Below, piece after piece: positions 55,757 through 64,000 of a stretch of DNA of 64,000 nucleotides. The DNA lies in the NCBI GenBank assembly GCA_038044925.1, contig JBBSZC010000004.1, positions 11,166 through 75,165 of the forward strand. The letters are read 5' to 3'. The stretch comes from Nanobdellota archaeon (GTDB taxonomy: Archaea > Nanobdellota > Nanobdellia > Pacearchaeales > GW2011-AR1). How positions within the stretch are numbered: the first letter of the stretch is position 1; every line of letters begins with the position of its first letter. The position numbers and the translations under genes are program-made. The notes below the pieces were generated by a model. The model was not told the origin of the DNA. It did no database searches and was given only the letters and a program-made list of their open reading frames with translations.

Positions 55757-55921
55757 TATGTATATTTTGTAAAAACGTTAAATATATATATATTTCTATT
55801 AAAGTTTGCGTCTTACTTAAGTGAGATTAAATAAAAGTAAAGAAAATATGAAGTTTTCTAATTCCCCATTTTGAGGGAATTAGTTAACAAAATAGAGAAT
55901 GATGAAAGGAGGTGAGTAAAA

Positions 55922-56467
55922 ATGGTGAATAATAATGGAATTTCAGTCTGGGGAGTGATTATAATTTCTCTAGTAGTTGCTGTTATTGCGAGTGTAATAA
56001 CAACACAAGTGACTGGGAATCCTGTTAAAGTTGAAACGACTACAGGAGCTTTTGCCGATGTTTATACAAAATCTGAAATTGATACTCTGTCAAAGAATAT
56101 TAATGCTGCTGCTTGCAATAAAGATACTTTTTGTGAAACAAACTATATATACACAGATAAAATTTTAAGCTACTATAGAGATTCTTTTGGGAAGATGCGT
56201 TCAACAAATCTAAGTTTTATTGATGGAAACTTAATAACTCAAGGGCCGGGTAGAGGAGGTATACAATTTTATAATGAATATATAAAAGCTCCTCTTGGGA
56301 GTGGCAGTAATATAAAAATAAGTAACCTTGAAGTTGTTGGAACTGAAATACCTAATTTTCCTGGATCATTTAATAAACCTGGATATATAATCATGTATGA
56401 CTCAACAGGAACTAGTTGGAAATGCGGTGTGAGTACAACTGGACAATTTAGTTGTATTAGATATTAG
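55922..56467 (+). CDS. secreted or membrane-anchored hypothetical protein
   Basis: GGAGGTGA SD, N-terminal TM followed by TG, Cys pairs. Confidence 0.75.
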   Translation: MVNNNGISVWGVIIISLVVAVIASVITTQVTGNPVKVETTTGAFADVYTKSEIDTLSKNINAAACNKDTFCETNYIYTDKILSYYRDSFGKMRSTNLSFIDGNLITQGPGRGGIQFYNEYIKAPLGSGSNIKISNLEVVGTEIPNFPGSFNKPGYIIMYDSTGTSWKCGVSTTGQFSCIRY

Positions 56468-56565
56468 ATTATAGATAGAAGTTAATTTTTTATTTTTTTC
56501 TTTTTATTTTTTTTATATTTCTCTTCTTCGCGAACATTTTTAAATTCTATTTTTCTTACTAAATC

Positions 56566-57426
56566 ATGATTGAGATAATTCTTGGGGAGGTAGATGCAGA
56601 AAAGAATTCTTGGAAGATGTTTTTTATTGGATTAGTCTTTGCATCTCTATCTATATTATTAGTTCATTGGTTTTTTTCAGCAGATATAGTTTTGTCACAA
56701 TATTCTGGAATGATTGTTGTTACTTTTTGTGTGATGTTTTCCTTGCCTTTCATGTATAAAATGATTAAAAGAGAAGAGGAGGAGGATGAAGAAGTTGAGG
56801 GTTTTTTTAGTGTGTGGAAAATGCACAAAGATGCTTTGTATGCTTTTATGTGGCTGTTTTTGGGGTTTATTGTTGCTTTTTCTTTTTGGTTTATATTATT
56901 GCAAAATTCTAGTCTTTTAAATGCGCAGATACAAACTTATTGCATGATTAATAGCCCTGGAAATATAGATAATTGCGTGGCTCAATATGATTTTACAAGG
57001 CAGATAAGTTCAACAGGAGCTATAACAAAAGAGTTGAGATTTTTGTCAATTTTAGAAAATAATGTTTATGTTATGATATTTACTCTTGTATTCTCTCTAA
57101 TCTTTGGAGCAGGAGCAATATTTGTCCTTGCTTGGAATGCAAGTGTAATATCTGGAGCTGTTGGGATTTTTACTAAATACAAAATTTCAGAAATCCCTTT
57201 AGGAGTTGTTAGATATATGATTCATGGTTTTCCTGAAATTGCAGCATATTTCATAACTGCTTTAGCCGGAGGGATTGTAGGGGTTGGAGTTATAAGAAAC
57301 GGAATTAGAAATAGAAAATTCTTAAGAATACTTGAAAATTCAATAATCTTATTATTTATAGCAATACTAATTCTTATAGTAGCTGCTGCGATTGAAGTAT
57401 ATATAACTCCTTTATTTTTAAGTTAA
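56566..57426 (+). CDS. stage II sporulation protein M (SpoIIM) family membrane protein
   Basis: I..NN..V, WNASV, HG.PEI.AY, AA.IE..ITP. Confidence 0.85.
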   Translation: MIEIILGEVDAEKNSWKMFFIGLVFASLSILLVHWFFSADIVLSQYSGMIVVTFCVMFSLPFMYKMIKREEEEDEEVEGFFSVWKMHKDALYAFMWLFLGFIVAFSFWFILLQNSSLLNAQIQTYCMINSPGNIDNCVAQYDFTRQISSTGAITKELRFLSILENNVYVMIFTLVFSLIFGAGAIFVLAWNASVISGAVGIFTKYKISEIPLGVVRYMIHGFPEIAAYFITALAGGIVGVGVIRNGIRNRKFLRILENSIILLFIAILILIVAAAIEVYITPLFLS

Positions 57427-57492
57427 ATTTCAAGAACAAATATAATTTCTATTAAGCAAAATACTTAAATATAGTCAATTTCTCAAACTGCT

Positions 57493-57633
57493 ATGAGATA
57501 CATATGTAAAAGTTGCCGTTATCGGTTTAATTCAGAAAAAGAACAAAAAGGGAAAAAATGCCCTTATTGTGGAGGCAAAAATTTAGTAGAAGAACCGCTT
57601 GCACAAGAGCTTTTAAATGATACAGAAGAATAA
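57493..57633 (+). CDS. small zinc-ribbon protein (46 aa)
   Basis: Not in the ORF track; MRYICKSCRYRF..KCPYCG; TAA-A-ATG junction to aglB. Confidence 0.75.
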   Translation: MRYICKSCRYRFNSEKEQKGKKCPYCGGKNLVEEPLAQELLNDTEE

Positions 57634-57634
57634 A

Positions 57635-60391
57635 ATGGACATTGAAAGCCTTTCTGAAAAAGAAGTAATAGAACAAAGAAAAAAGAGTATAAACGAGTTT
57701 CTAACTAAAAAAAAGCAATGGATTTATTATCTAATTCTTTCCTTAATTATATTTTTGGGGGTGTATATAAGAACTCTAAATATTTCAAAATTAAAAGATA
57801 TAACAACAGGAACCTGGACATTAGGACCTGATTTAGATCCTTTTCTTTTTTTAAGGTGGGCAAAAGAAATAGTAGAAAATGGAAGCTTAATGACTCATGA
57901 TATAATGAGATATGTTCCTTTAGGATATGATACTGCTGGAGAGATGAAATTGCTAGCTTATATGATAGCGTGGTTTCATAATATACTTTCATTCTTCCCT
58001 CTTACAGATAATGTTACTTATTCTGCAATAATATTTCCTGTAGCAATGTTTGCTTTAACCACAATTGCTTTCTTTTTATTTGCTAGGAAAATATTCTTTA
58101 AAGAATCAGATTTGATAAAAAATTCAATCGCTTTAATAGCAACATTATTATTCGTTTTAGTTCCTTCTTTACTTCCTAGGACAATTGCTGGAATTCCTGA
58201 AAAAGAATCTGTCGCTTTTTTCTTTATGTTTATGGCTTTTTATTTCTTTATTAGTGCTTTCACAAGTGAAAAAAGAAATAAATCATTTATATTATCTGTA
58301 CTTGCTGGAATTTCGACAGGACTAATGGCTTTGGTTTGGGGGGGAGTTATATTTATTTTCTTTACAATACCTGGAGCTGTTTTCTTATCCTTTATTTTAG
58401 GAAAAGTTGGGAAAAAAGAATTAATATGCTATGGTATGTGGGTTTTTTCATCCTTTGCTATAATGATGCCTTTTTCCACAAGATATACTTTATGGAATTT
58501 AGCAATATCTACCTCTACTGGTTTTGGATTAGGAATATTAATAATACTTTTATTCAGCTTACTTTTCTATAAAGATAAAAAAATAGAAAAATTAGAAGAA
58601 AAAACCAAAATTCCTAGAGAAATCTTACTTGCCCTAATCTTTTCATTGATTATGCTTATAGTAATATCAATAATTTTGGGTCCTGGGTTTATCTTAGGGC
58701 AAATAAATGAAATTCAAAATAATTTAATAGAGCCATCTTCAACAAGGTTTAGTTTTACTGTAGCTGAAAACAAACAACCCTACTTTAATAATGATTGGAA
58801 AGATAATTTCGGGCCAATTTTGTATAATATTCCTATTTATTTTTGGCTTTTCTTTTTTGGCTCAGTTCTTTTATTTTTTAATATGATCTCTGCATTAGGC
58901 AAAAAAGAGAAATTAAAATTAACTATCGGATATATATTATTTTTAATATGCTTAATATTCAGCAGATATTCAGCATCTAGTATATTTAATGGGGTAAATG
59001 GGACAAGCATTGTTACTTATTTTGCCGGGTGGATAATCTTAATATATTTATCAGCAGAGACTTATTATAAAAATTTTAAAAAAGAAAAATTAGAAGTTTT
59101 TAAGAAATTTAATTTTGCATATATATTATATTTTATAATATTAACTTTAGGAATTATTGGGGCTAGGGGAGGTATAAGGCTTATTATGGTGCTTGGATCA
59201 ATAAGCCCCATAGCAGTTTCTTTTTTAATAGTCAAGACAATAAACAAGTCATTTAAAGAAAAAAAAGAAAGCAGTGAAGAAGCTAAAAATGAAGATAGTA
59301 AAATTTTAATGAAATTTATAGCAGTAGTTTTTATATTACTTTCTGCTTTTATAGTATATAATTATTATATTTTAGATAAATCCAATGCTGAAAACTTTGC
59401 CCCCGGAGCATATCAATGGCAATGGCAAGAAGCAATGTCTTGGGTTAGAAGCAACACATCTCAAAATGCTGTTTTTGCACACTGGTGGGATTATGGCTAT
59501 TGGGTTCAGTCTATTGGAGAAAGAGCAACAATATTAGACGGGGGAAATGCAATAGTATACTGGGATTATTTAATGGGAAGATATGTATTAACAGAGCCAG
59601 ATGATTCTAAAACTTTAGAATTTTTATATACCCATAATGCGACTCATCTATTAATTGATTCAACTGAAATTGGAAAATATACTGCATTTTCAAGCATAGG
59701 CTCTGATGAAAATTATGATAGATTTTCATGGATATCAATATTTTTGTTAGAGGAGGGAAAAATAACAGAAACTGGCAATAAAACTATTTATCTATATTCT
59801 GGAGGAAGTGCGACTGATGAAGATATTGTGTGGAAAGAAAATAATAATGAAATTTTCCTTCCTGCAAAAAAAACAATTGTGGGCGGGGTAATATTACAAT
59901 TAGATCAAAAAGGAAAATTTTCTCAGCCACAAGCAGCATATTTCTATCAAAACAAGCAATATAATATTCCTCTAAAATATCTTTATGTTGAAAAAGACCA
60001 AAAAATAACTACTTTTGATTCTGGTTTAGAGGCAGGAATATTTTTATTCCCAAAAATTAATGTTGATGCTGATAATAAAGCTGGAATTAATTATTATGGC
60101 GCTTCTTTATATTTAAGCAGGCGTACAATAAACTCTAAGATAGCACAATTATACTTATTCGATAAAAAAACAGATTCTTTTAAAATAACCCATATTGAAA
60201 GCAATCAGATAATAAACTCATTAAAGGGGCAGGGTACAGATTTAAAAGAATTTATATATTATAGTGGATTTCAAGGTCCGATTAAAATTTGGGAAATAAA
60301 TTACCCCAGCACAATTAAAGCAAACCCTGAATACTTAAAAACAGATTATCCAAATAAGTCCATAGAGATAGCTAAACCTGGAGAATATTAA
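57635..60391 (+). CDS. aglB: oligosaccharyltransferase AglB (STT3)
   Basis: DLDP, RT.AG..EKE, TVAE, WWDYG, multi-TM. Confidence 0.95.
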   Translation: MDIESLSEKEVIEQRKKSINEFLTKKKQWIYYLILSLIIFLGVYIRTLNISKLKDITTGTWTLGPDLDPFLFLRWAKEIVENGSLMTHDIMRYVPLGYDTAGEMKLLAYMIAWFHNILSFFPLTDNVTYSAIIFPVAMFALTTIAFFLFARKIFFKESDLIKNSIALIATLLFVLVPSLLPRTIAGIPEKESVAFFFMFMAFYFFISAFTSEKRNKSFILSVLAGISTGLMALVWGGVIFIFFTIPGAVFLSFILGKVGKKELICYGMWVFSSFAIMMPFSTRYTLWNLAISTSTGFGLGILIILLFSLLFYKDKKIEKLEEKTKIPREILLALIFSLIMLIVISIILGPGFILGQINEIQNNLIEPSSTRFSFTVAENKQPYFNNDWKDNFGPILYNIPIYFWLFFFGSVLLFFNMISALGKKEKLKLTIGYILFLICLIFSRYSASSIFNGVNGTSIVTYFAGWIILIYLSAETYYKNFKKEKLEVFKKFNFAYILYFIILTLGIIGARGGIRLIMVLGSISPIAVSFLIVKTINKSFKEKKESSEEAKNEDSKILMKFIAVVFILLSAFIVYNYYILDKSNAENFAPGAYQWQWQEAMSWVRSNTSQNAVFAHWWDYGYWVQSIGERATILDGGNAIVYWDYLMGRYVLTEPDDSKTLEFLYTHNATHLLIDSTEIGKYTAFSSIGSDENYDRFSWISIFLLEEGKITETGNKTIYLYSGGSATDEDIVWKENNNEIFLPAKKTIVGGVILQLDQKGKFSQPQAAYFYQNKQYNIPLKYLYVEKDQKITTFDSGLEAGIFLFPKINVDADNKAGINYYGASLYLSRRTINSKIAQLYLFDKKTDSFKITHIESNQIINSLKGQGTDLKEFIYYSGFQGPIKIWEINYPSTIKANPEYLKTDYPNKSIEIAKPGEY

Positions 60392-60392
60392 A

Positions 60393-61391
60393 ATGGAACC
60401 TATCCTTATACTCCCATTACTTATGGGGTTTTTTGCATGCTTTTTTCTTGTTCCTATCTGGATTAAAAAAGCCAAAAATATTGGGTTAATTTGGGAGGAT
60501 ATGAATAAGCCAGGACACCCAAAAAATGTTGCTGGATCTGGAGGAATAGTTGTAATAATGGCTTTTATCTTAGGAATTTTAAGCTATATCGCAATAATCA
60601 CTTTTTATTTTAAAGATAATAATTTGATAAATATATTTGCGCTCTTAACTACAATTATAATTGCTTCTATGATTGGATTTGTGGATGATTTATTTGGGTG
60701 GGTTCATGGAGGGCTATCAGCAAAGTTTAGAATTTTTTTATTGATTTTTGCCGCTATTCCTCTATCTGTTATAAATGCAGGAAATTCTACAATGATTGGA
60801 ATACAATTAGGATTGTTATATCCTTTAGTGCTTATCCCATTAGGAATAATTGGTGCAGCAGCAACTTTTAATTTTTTAGCGGGATATAATGGATTAGAAG
60901 CAAGCCAAGGCATTATTATTCTTAGTGCACTGGCTTTTGTATGCTGGGTAATTGGAGAGAGCTGGCTGGCATTAATAGCATTAATAATGGTTTTTTGTCT
61001 TTTTGCATTTTATATTTTTAATAAATATCCTGCAAAAATATTTCCTGGAGATGTTTTAACTTACGGAGTTGGAGCAATGATTGCAATCATCGCCATACTT
61101 GGAAATATTGAAAAAATAGCTGTTTTCTTTTTCATTCCTTATATAATTGAAACCTGTCTTAAAATTAGAGGGAAATTAAAAAAACAAAGCCTAGCTAAAG
61201 TAAATAAAGATGGAGATTTAGAAATGCCTTATGAAAAAATATACGGGTTGGAACATTTAGCAATCTATTTATTAAAAAAGATGAAAAAAAACGGAAAAGT
61301 TAAGGAAAGAGAGGTTGTTTATTTTATAAATTTATTTCAAATACTGGTAATTTTAATTGGGTTGGCATTATTTAAAAATTCTATTTTTTAA
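60393..61391 (+). CDS. UDP-GlcNAc:dolichyl-phosphate GlcNAc-1-P transferase (GPT/MraY family)
   Basis: DMNK, GFVDD, NFLAGYNGLE, FNKYPAKIFPGD. Confidence 0.9.
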   Translation: MEPILILPLLMGFFACFFLVPIWIKKAKNIGLIWEDMNKPGHPKNVAGSGGIVVIMAFILGILSYIAIITFYFKDNNLINIFALLTTIIIASMIGFVDDLFGWVHGGLSAKFRIFLLIFAAIPLSVINAGNSTMIGIQLGLLYPLVLIPLGIIGAAATFNFLAGYNGLEASQGIIILSALAFVCWVIGESWLALIALIMVFCLFAFYIFNKYPAKIFPGDVLTYGVGAMIAIIAILGNIEKIAVFFFIPYIIETCLKIRGKLKKQSLAKVNKDGDLEMPYEKIYGLEHLAIYLLKKMKKNGKVKEREVVYFINLFQILVILIGLALFKNSIF

Positions 61392-61399
61392 ATGTAATA

Positions 61400-62632
61400 A
61401 TGATAAAAAAATTTCTTTCAAGCGAGCTTAGTAAAGGCATAGTAATACTATTTTTTTCTATGTTAGTTTATAATTTTATAAATTTTATTTTCCATTTTTT
61501 TATGGGAAGGGTTTTAGGGCCAAATGATTATGGAACTTTGGCTGTTTTGATGTCTATGATATACCTCTTTGGTATACCTGTGGAAGCAATACAAAATATG
61601 ATTACTAAATATACTTCTAAATTTAATATAAATAATGAAAATGGAAAAATTAAATTTTTAATGAAAAGGGCCCTTGGAAAGGGATTTTATATCTCTATTT
61701 TTTTATTTGGAATATTAATTATATTTTCTATTTTTCTATCTTTCTTTCTAAAAGTAAGTTTTTGGCTACTTTTAATAACTGACTTGGCGATATTTTCTTC
61801 TTTTTCATTGCCTGTTATTAGGGGGGTTCTTCAAGGACGAAAAAAATTCTTCAAATTAGGGAACAGTATGATAATTGAAACCTCTTTTAAATTAATATCC
61901 TCTTTATCTTTAGTAATCCTTGGATTAAAGGTATTTGGAGCAATAATAGGGGTTATATTTGGACTTCTTGCAAGTTTAATTTTTAGTTTATACTTTAATA
62001 AAGATATATTGCAAGAAAGAGAAGAAAAAATATCTTTTAAGTATATTTACTCTGAAAGTGTGCCTTATCTTATTGTTGTTGTAACAATACTTACTTTTTT
62101 CAGTTTAGACATTATCCTAGCTAAAAGATTTTTTTCTCCTGAGTTAGCAGGACAATATTCTGTTCTATCTATGCTTGGAAAAATGATTTTCCTTGGAACT
62201 TTTGCAATAAGCAAAGCAATGTTCCCTATCGCCTCTGAGAGATTTGAAAAAAAAGAAAATTCATCACAGCTTTTTAAAAAATCTTTAATATTAATAAGTA
62301 TATTATGCTTAATTGGCATAGCAATATATTATCTTTTTCCTGAAGAAATAGTTTGGTTGCTTTATGGTGAAAAATACTTAGAAATTTCCCATTTATTGGT
62401 TTATTCAGCAATATCTTTAAGTTTTTTATCCTTGAGCAATATCATACTATTATATTCTCTGTCTATTAATAGGATAAAAAAAGGGTATTTGTTGATTGGA
62501 TTTATAATTATTGAAATAGTTTTATTATTTGCTTTGGATAGTAGCATTGAAAGATATATAATGGGGTTTATGATTTCTAATATAGTAATGTTTATAGGAA
62601 GCCTTTTTTCTCTAGTAGAATGGAAAATATAG
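61400..62632 (+). CDS. oligosaccharide flippase (Wzx-like)
   Basis: About 12 TM helices, R.LGP.DYG, AGQYS. Confidence 0.87.
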   Translation: MIKKFLSSELSKGIVILFFSMLVYNFINFIFHFFMGRVLGPNDYGTLAVLMSMIYLFGIPVEAIQNMITKYTSKFNINNENGKIKFLMKRALGKGFYISIFLFGILIIFSIFLSFFLKVSFWLLLITDLAIFSSFSLPVIRGVLQGRKKFFKLGNSMIIETSFKLISSLSLVILGLKVFGAIIGVIFGLLASLIFSLYFNKDILQEREEKISFKYIYSESVPYLIVVVTILTFFSLDIILAKRFFSPELAGQYSVLSMLGKMIFLGTFAISKAMFPIASERFEKKENSSQLFKKSLILISILCLIGIAIYYLFPEEIVWLLYGEKYLEISHLLVYSAISLSFLSLSNIILLYSLSINRIKKGYLLIGFIIIEIVLLFALDSSIERYIMGFMISNIVMFIGSLFSLVEWKI

Positions 62633-62678
62633 AAATCAATAAAATTTCTAATTTCCCATTTTAAAAAAACAACAAAAA

Positions 62679-63467
62679 ATGGAAAAAGTCAGTATAATAA
62701 TCCCCGCTTATAATGAAGGGGGTAGAATAAGAAAAACCTTAAAAGAATACGCTTTTTTTTTCTCAAAAATAAAAAAAGAAAAGGCGGTGGATTTTGAAAT
62801 ATTAGTAGTTTTAAATAATTGCAAGGACAATACTCTTGAAGTTGTTGAAGAATTTATTAAAAAAAATAAAGAAATATTATATTTAAACCTTAATCGTAAA
62901 GGAAAAGGATTGGCGATAACTGAAGGATTTAAAAATGCTTTAACCAGAAAAAATGATTTAATTGGTTTTGTGGATGCTGATATGGCAACTTCTCCAGAAG
63001 AATTTTATCGTCTTATTCAAAAAATTGGAAAATATGATGGGGCTATTGCAAGCAGGTGGAAGGGGGAGAGTATAATTAAAACAAAACAGCCGTTGCTTAG
63101 AAGAGTTTTATCAAGGGGTTTTAATTTTATTGTTAGAATCTTCTTTTTATTCCCTTATACAGATACCCAATGTGGCGCAAAAATATTCAAAAGAGAAGTT
63201 ATTAAAAATGTAGTAAATGAACTGAATATTACTCATTGGGCATTTGATATAAATTTGCTGTATTTATGCAAAATTAAAAAATTTATAATTAAAGAGATTT
63301 CTACAGTGTGGGAAGATAAAAAAGAATCCAAAATAAATATAAAAAAGGCCCCAATACAGATGTTTTTTGGGATAGTGAGGCTGCGAATATTATACTCCCC
63401 GCTAAGATCATTAATAAAAATATATGATAGATTCCCTAAAAAAATTAAATTTCATAAAAATGATTAA
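62679..63467 (+). CDS. GT2 glycosyltransferase (dolichyl-phosphate glucosyltransferase-like)
   Basis: IIIPAYNE, GKG.A, FVDAD, DTQCGAK. Confidence 0.92.
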   Translation: MEKVSIIIPAYNEGGRIRKTLKEYAFFFSKIKKEKAVDFEILVVLNNCKDNTLEVVEEFIKKNKEILYLNLNRKGKGLAITEGFKNALTRKNDLIGFVDADMATSPEEFYRLIQKIGKYDGAIASRWKGESIIKTKQPLLRRVLSRGFNFIVRIFFLFPYTDTQCGAKIFKREVIKNVVNELNITHWAFDINLLYLCKIKKFIIKEISTVWEDKKESKINIKKAPIQMFFGIVRLRILYSPLRSLIKIYDRFPKKIKFHKND

Positions 63468-64000
63468 AAAATGCCCTGTTTGCGGGAAAGATAAAATAAT
63501 TGTTTTATATAAGAATTTAAAGGACAAGGATTTTTTTATAGATGGAATCTTTAGATTATTAAAATGCAAATGCTGCGGGTTGGAATTTTTAGAACCAAGA
63601 TTAAATGAAAAAGAATTATCTAAATATTATCCGAAAAATTATTACTCTTTTTATAATTACAATAAGCTGGCACTTTTGTATCATAAAATATCTGCATATT
63701 ATTACTCAAGAAAAGGTGGGGTGATTAAATTTTTATTAGAACCATTTAGACCTTTATTTTATACATATTATATTAAATGGGGTAAATCTGTACTAGAAAT
63801 TGGCTGTGGAAATGGAATGAAATTGCATATTTACCAAAAATATGGAATGAAAACCGCAGGGATAGAACCATATATAGAAAAAATAACTGAAGCAGAGAAA
63901 AAAATCGGAGTTATAAAAACTACAATAGAAAAAGCCCCTTATAAAAAAAACAGTTTTGATTATATAATCCTTAAAGAAGTATTAGAACATATTCCTGATC
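63460..64000 (+). CDS. class I SAM-dependent methyltransferase with an N-terminal Zn motif (cut by the window end)
   Basis: MIKKCPVCG..KCKCCGL..VLEIGCGNG..VLEHIPD. Confidence 0.85.
   Translation, partial: MIKKCPVCGKDKIIVLYKNLKDKDFFIDGIFRLLKCKCCGLEFLEPRLNEKELSKYYPKNYYSFYNYNKLALLYHKISAYYYSRKGGVIKFLLEPFRPLFYTYYIKWGKSVLEIGCGNGMKLHIYQKYGMKTAGIEPYIEKITEAEKKIGVIKTTIEKAPYKKNSFDYIILKEVLEHIPD

Noticed and set aside
55811..55883. Hairpins upstream of 55922 as a fourth start-mirroring element
   Set aside because: The CCATTTT segment lies in a self-contained hairpin with no upstream decoy start
1..64000. CRISPR array, rRNA genes, integrase or transposase
   Set aside because: No regularly spaced repeats, rRNA-like stretch or recombinase/transposase motifs were seen by eye
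1..64000. Additional remote VR targets in the window
   Set aside because: No other match to TR found by eye; GCGTCTGGG in secY (about 53291) is only a short chance match. A proper alignment is still advisable.

Overview
AT-rich chromosomal segment of a DPANN archaeon, most likely Pacearchaeota/Woesearchaeota-like. This assignment is inferred from archaeal ribosomal proteins, AglB, Taw1, AMP phosphorylase plus R15P isomerase, intron-containing tRNAs and mostly leaderless genes. Core content: ftsZ-secE-spt5-rpl11-tRNA-Pro-rpl37ae-rpoP-pfdB-sepF, rpl1-rpl10-rpl12, the rpl3-to-secY ribosomal operon and an N-glycosylation cluster. Accessory content: two toxin-antitoxin modules, a copper island, a bacterial-type RecQ and a Fic gene. 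The standout is a compact diversity-generating retroelement (DGR, 36404-38442). Its 85-bp TR/VR pair differs at 10 positions, all template adenines, and it has no avd gene. Its reverse transcriptase is frameshifted exactly at a G11 tract in the loop of a perfect 10-bp inverted repeat, which could be a phase-variable on/off switch for hypermutation. A second theme is a set of small palindromic elements. They nest in intergenic regions, occur as side-by-side filled and empty copies before secY, mirror downstream start codons and enter ribosomal protein C-termini. Orphan ORFs are also slotted into ribosomal operons. All protein calls come from motif recognition by eye; no searches were run.
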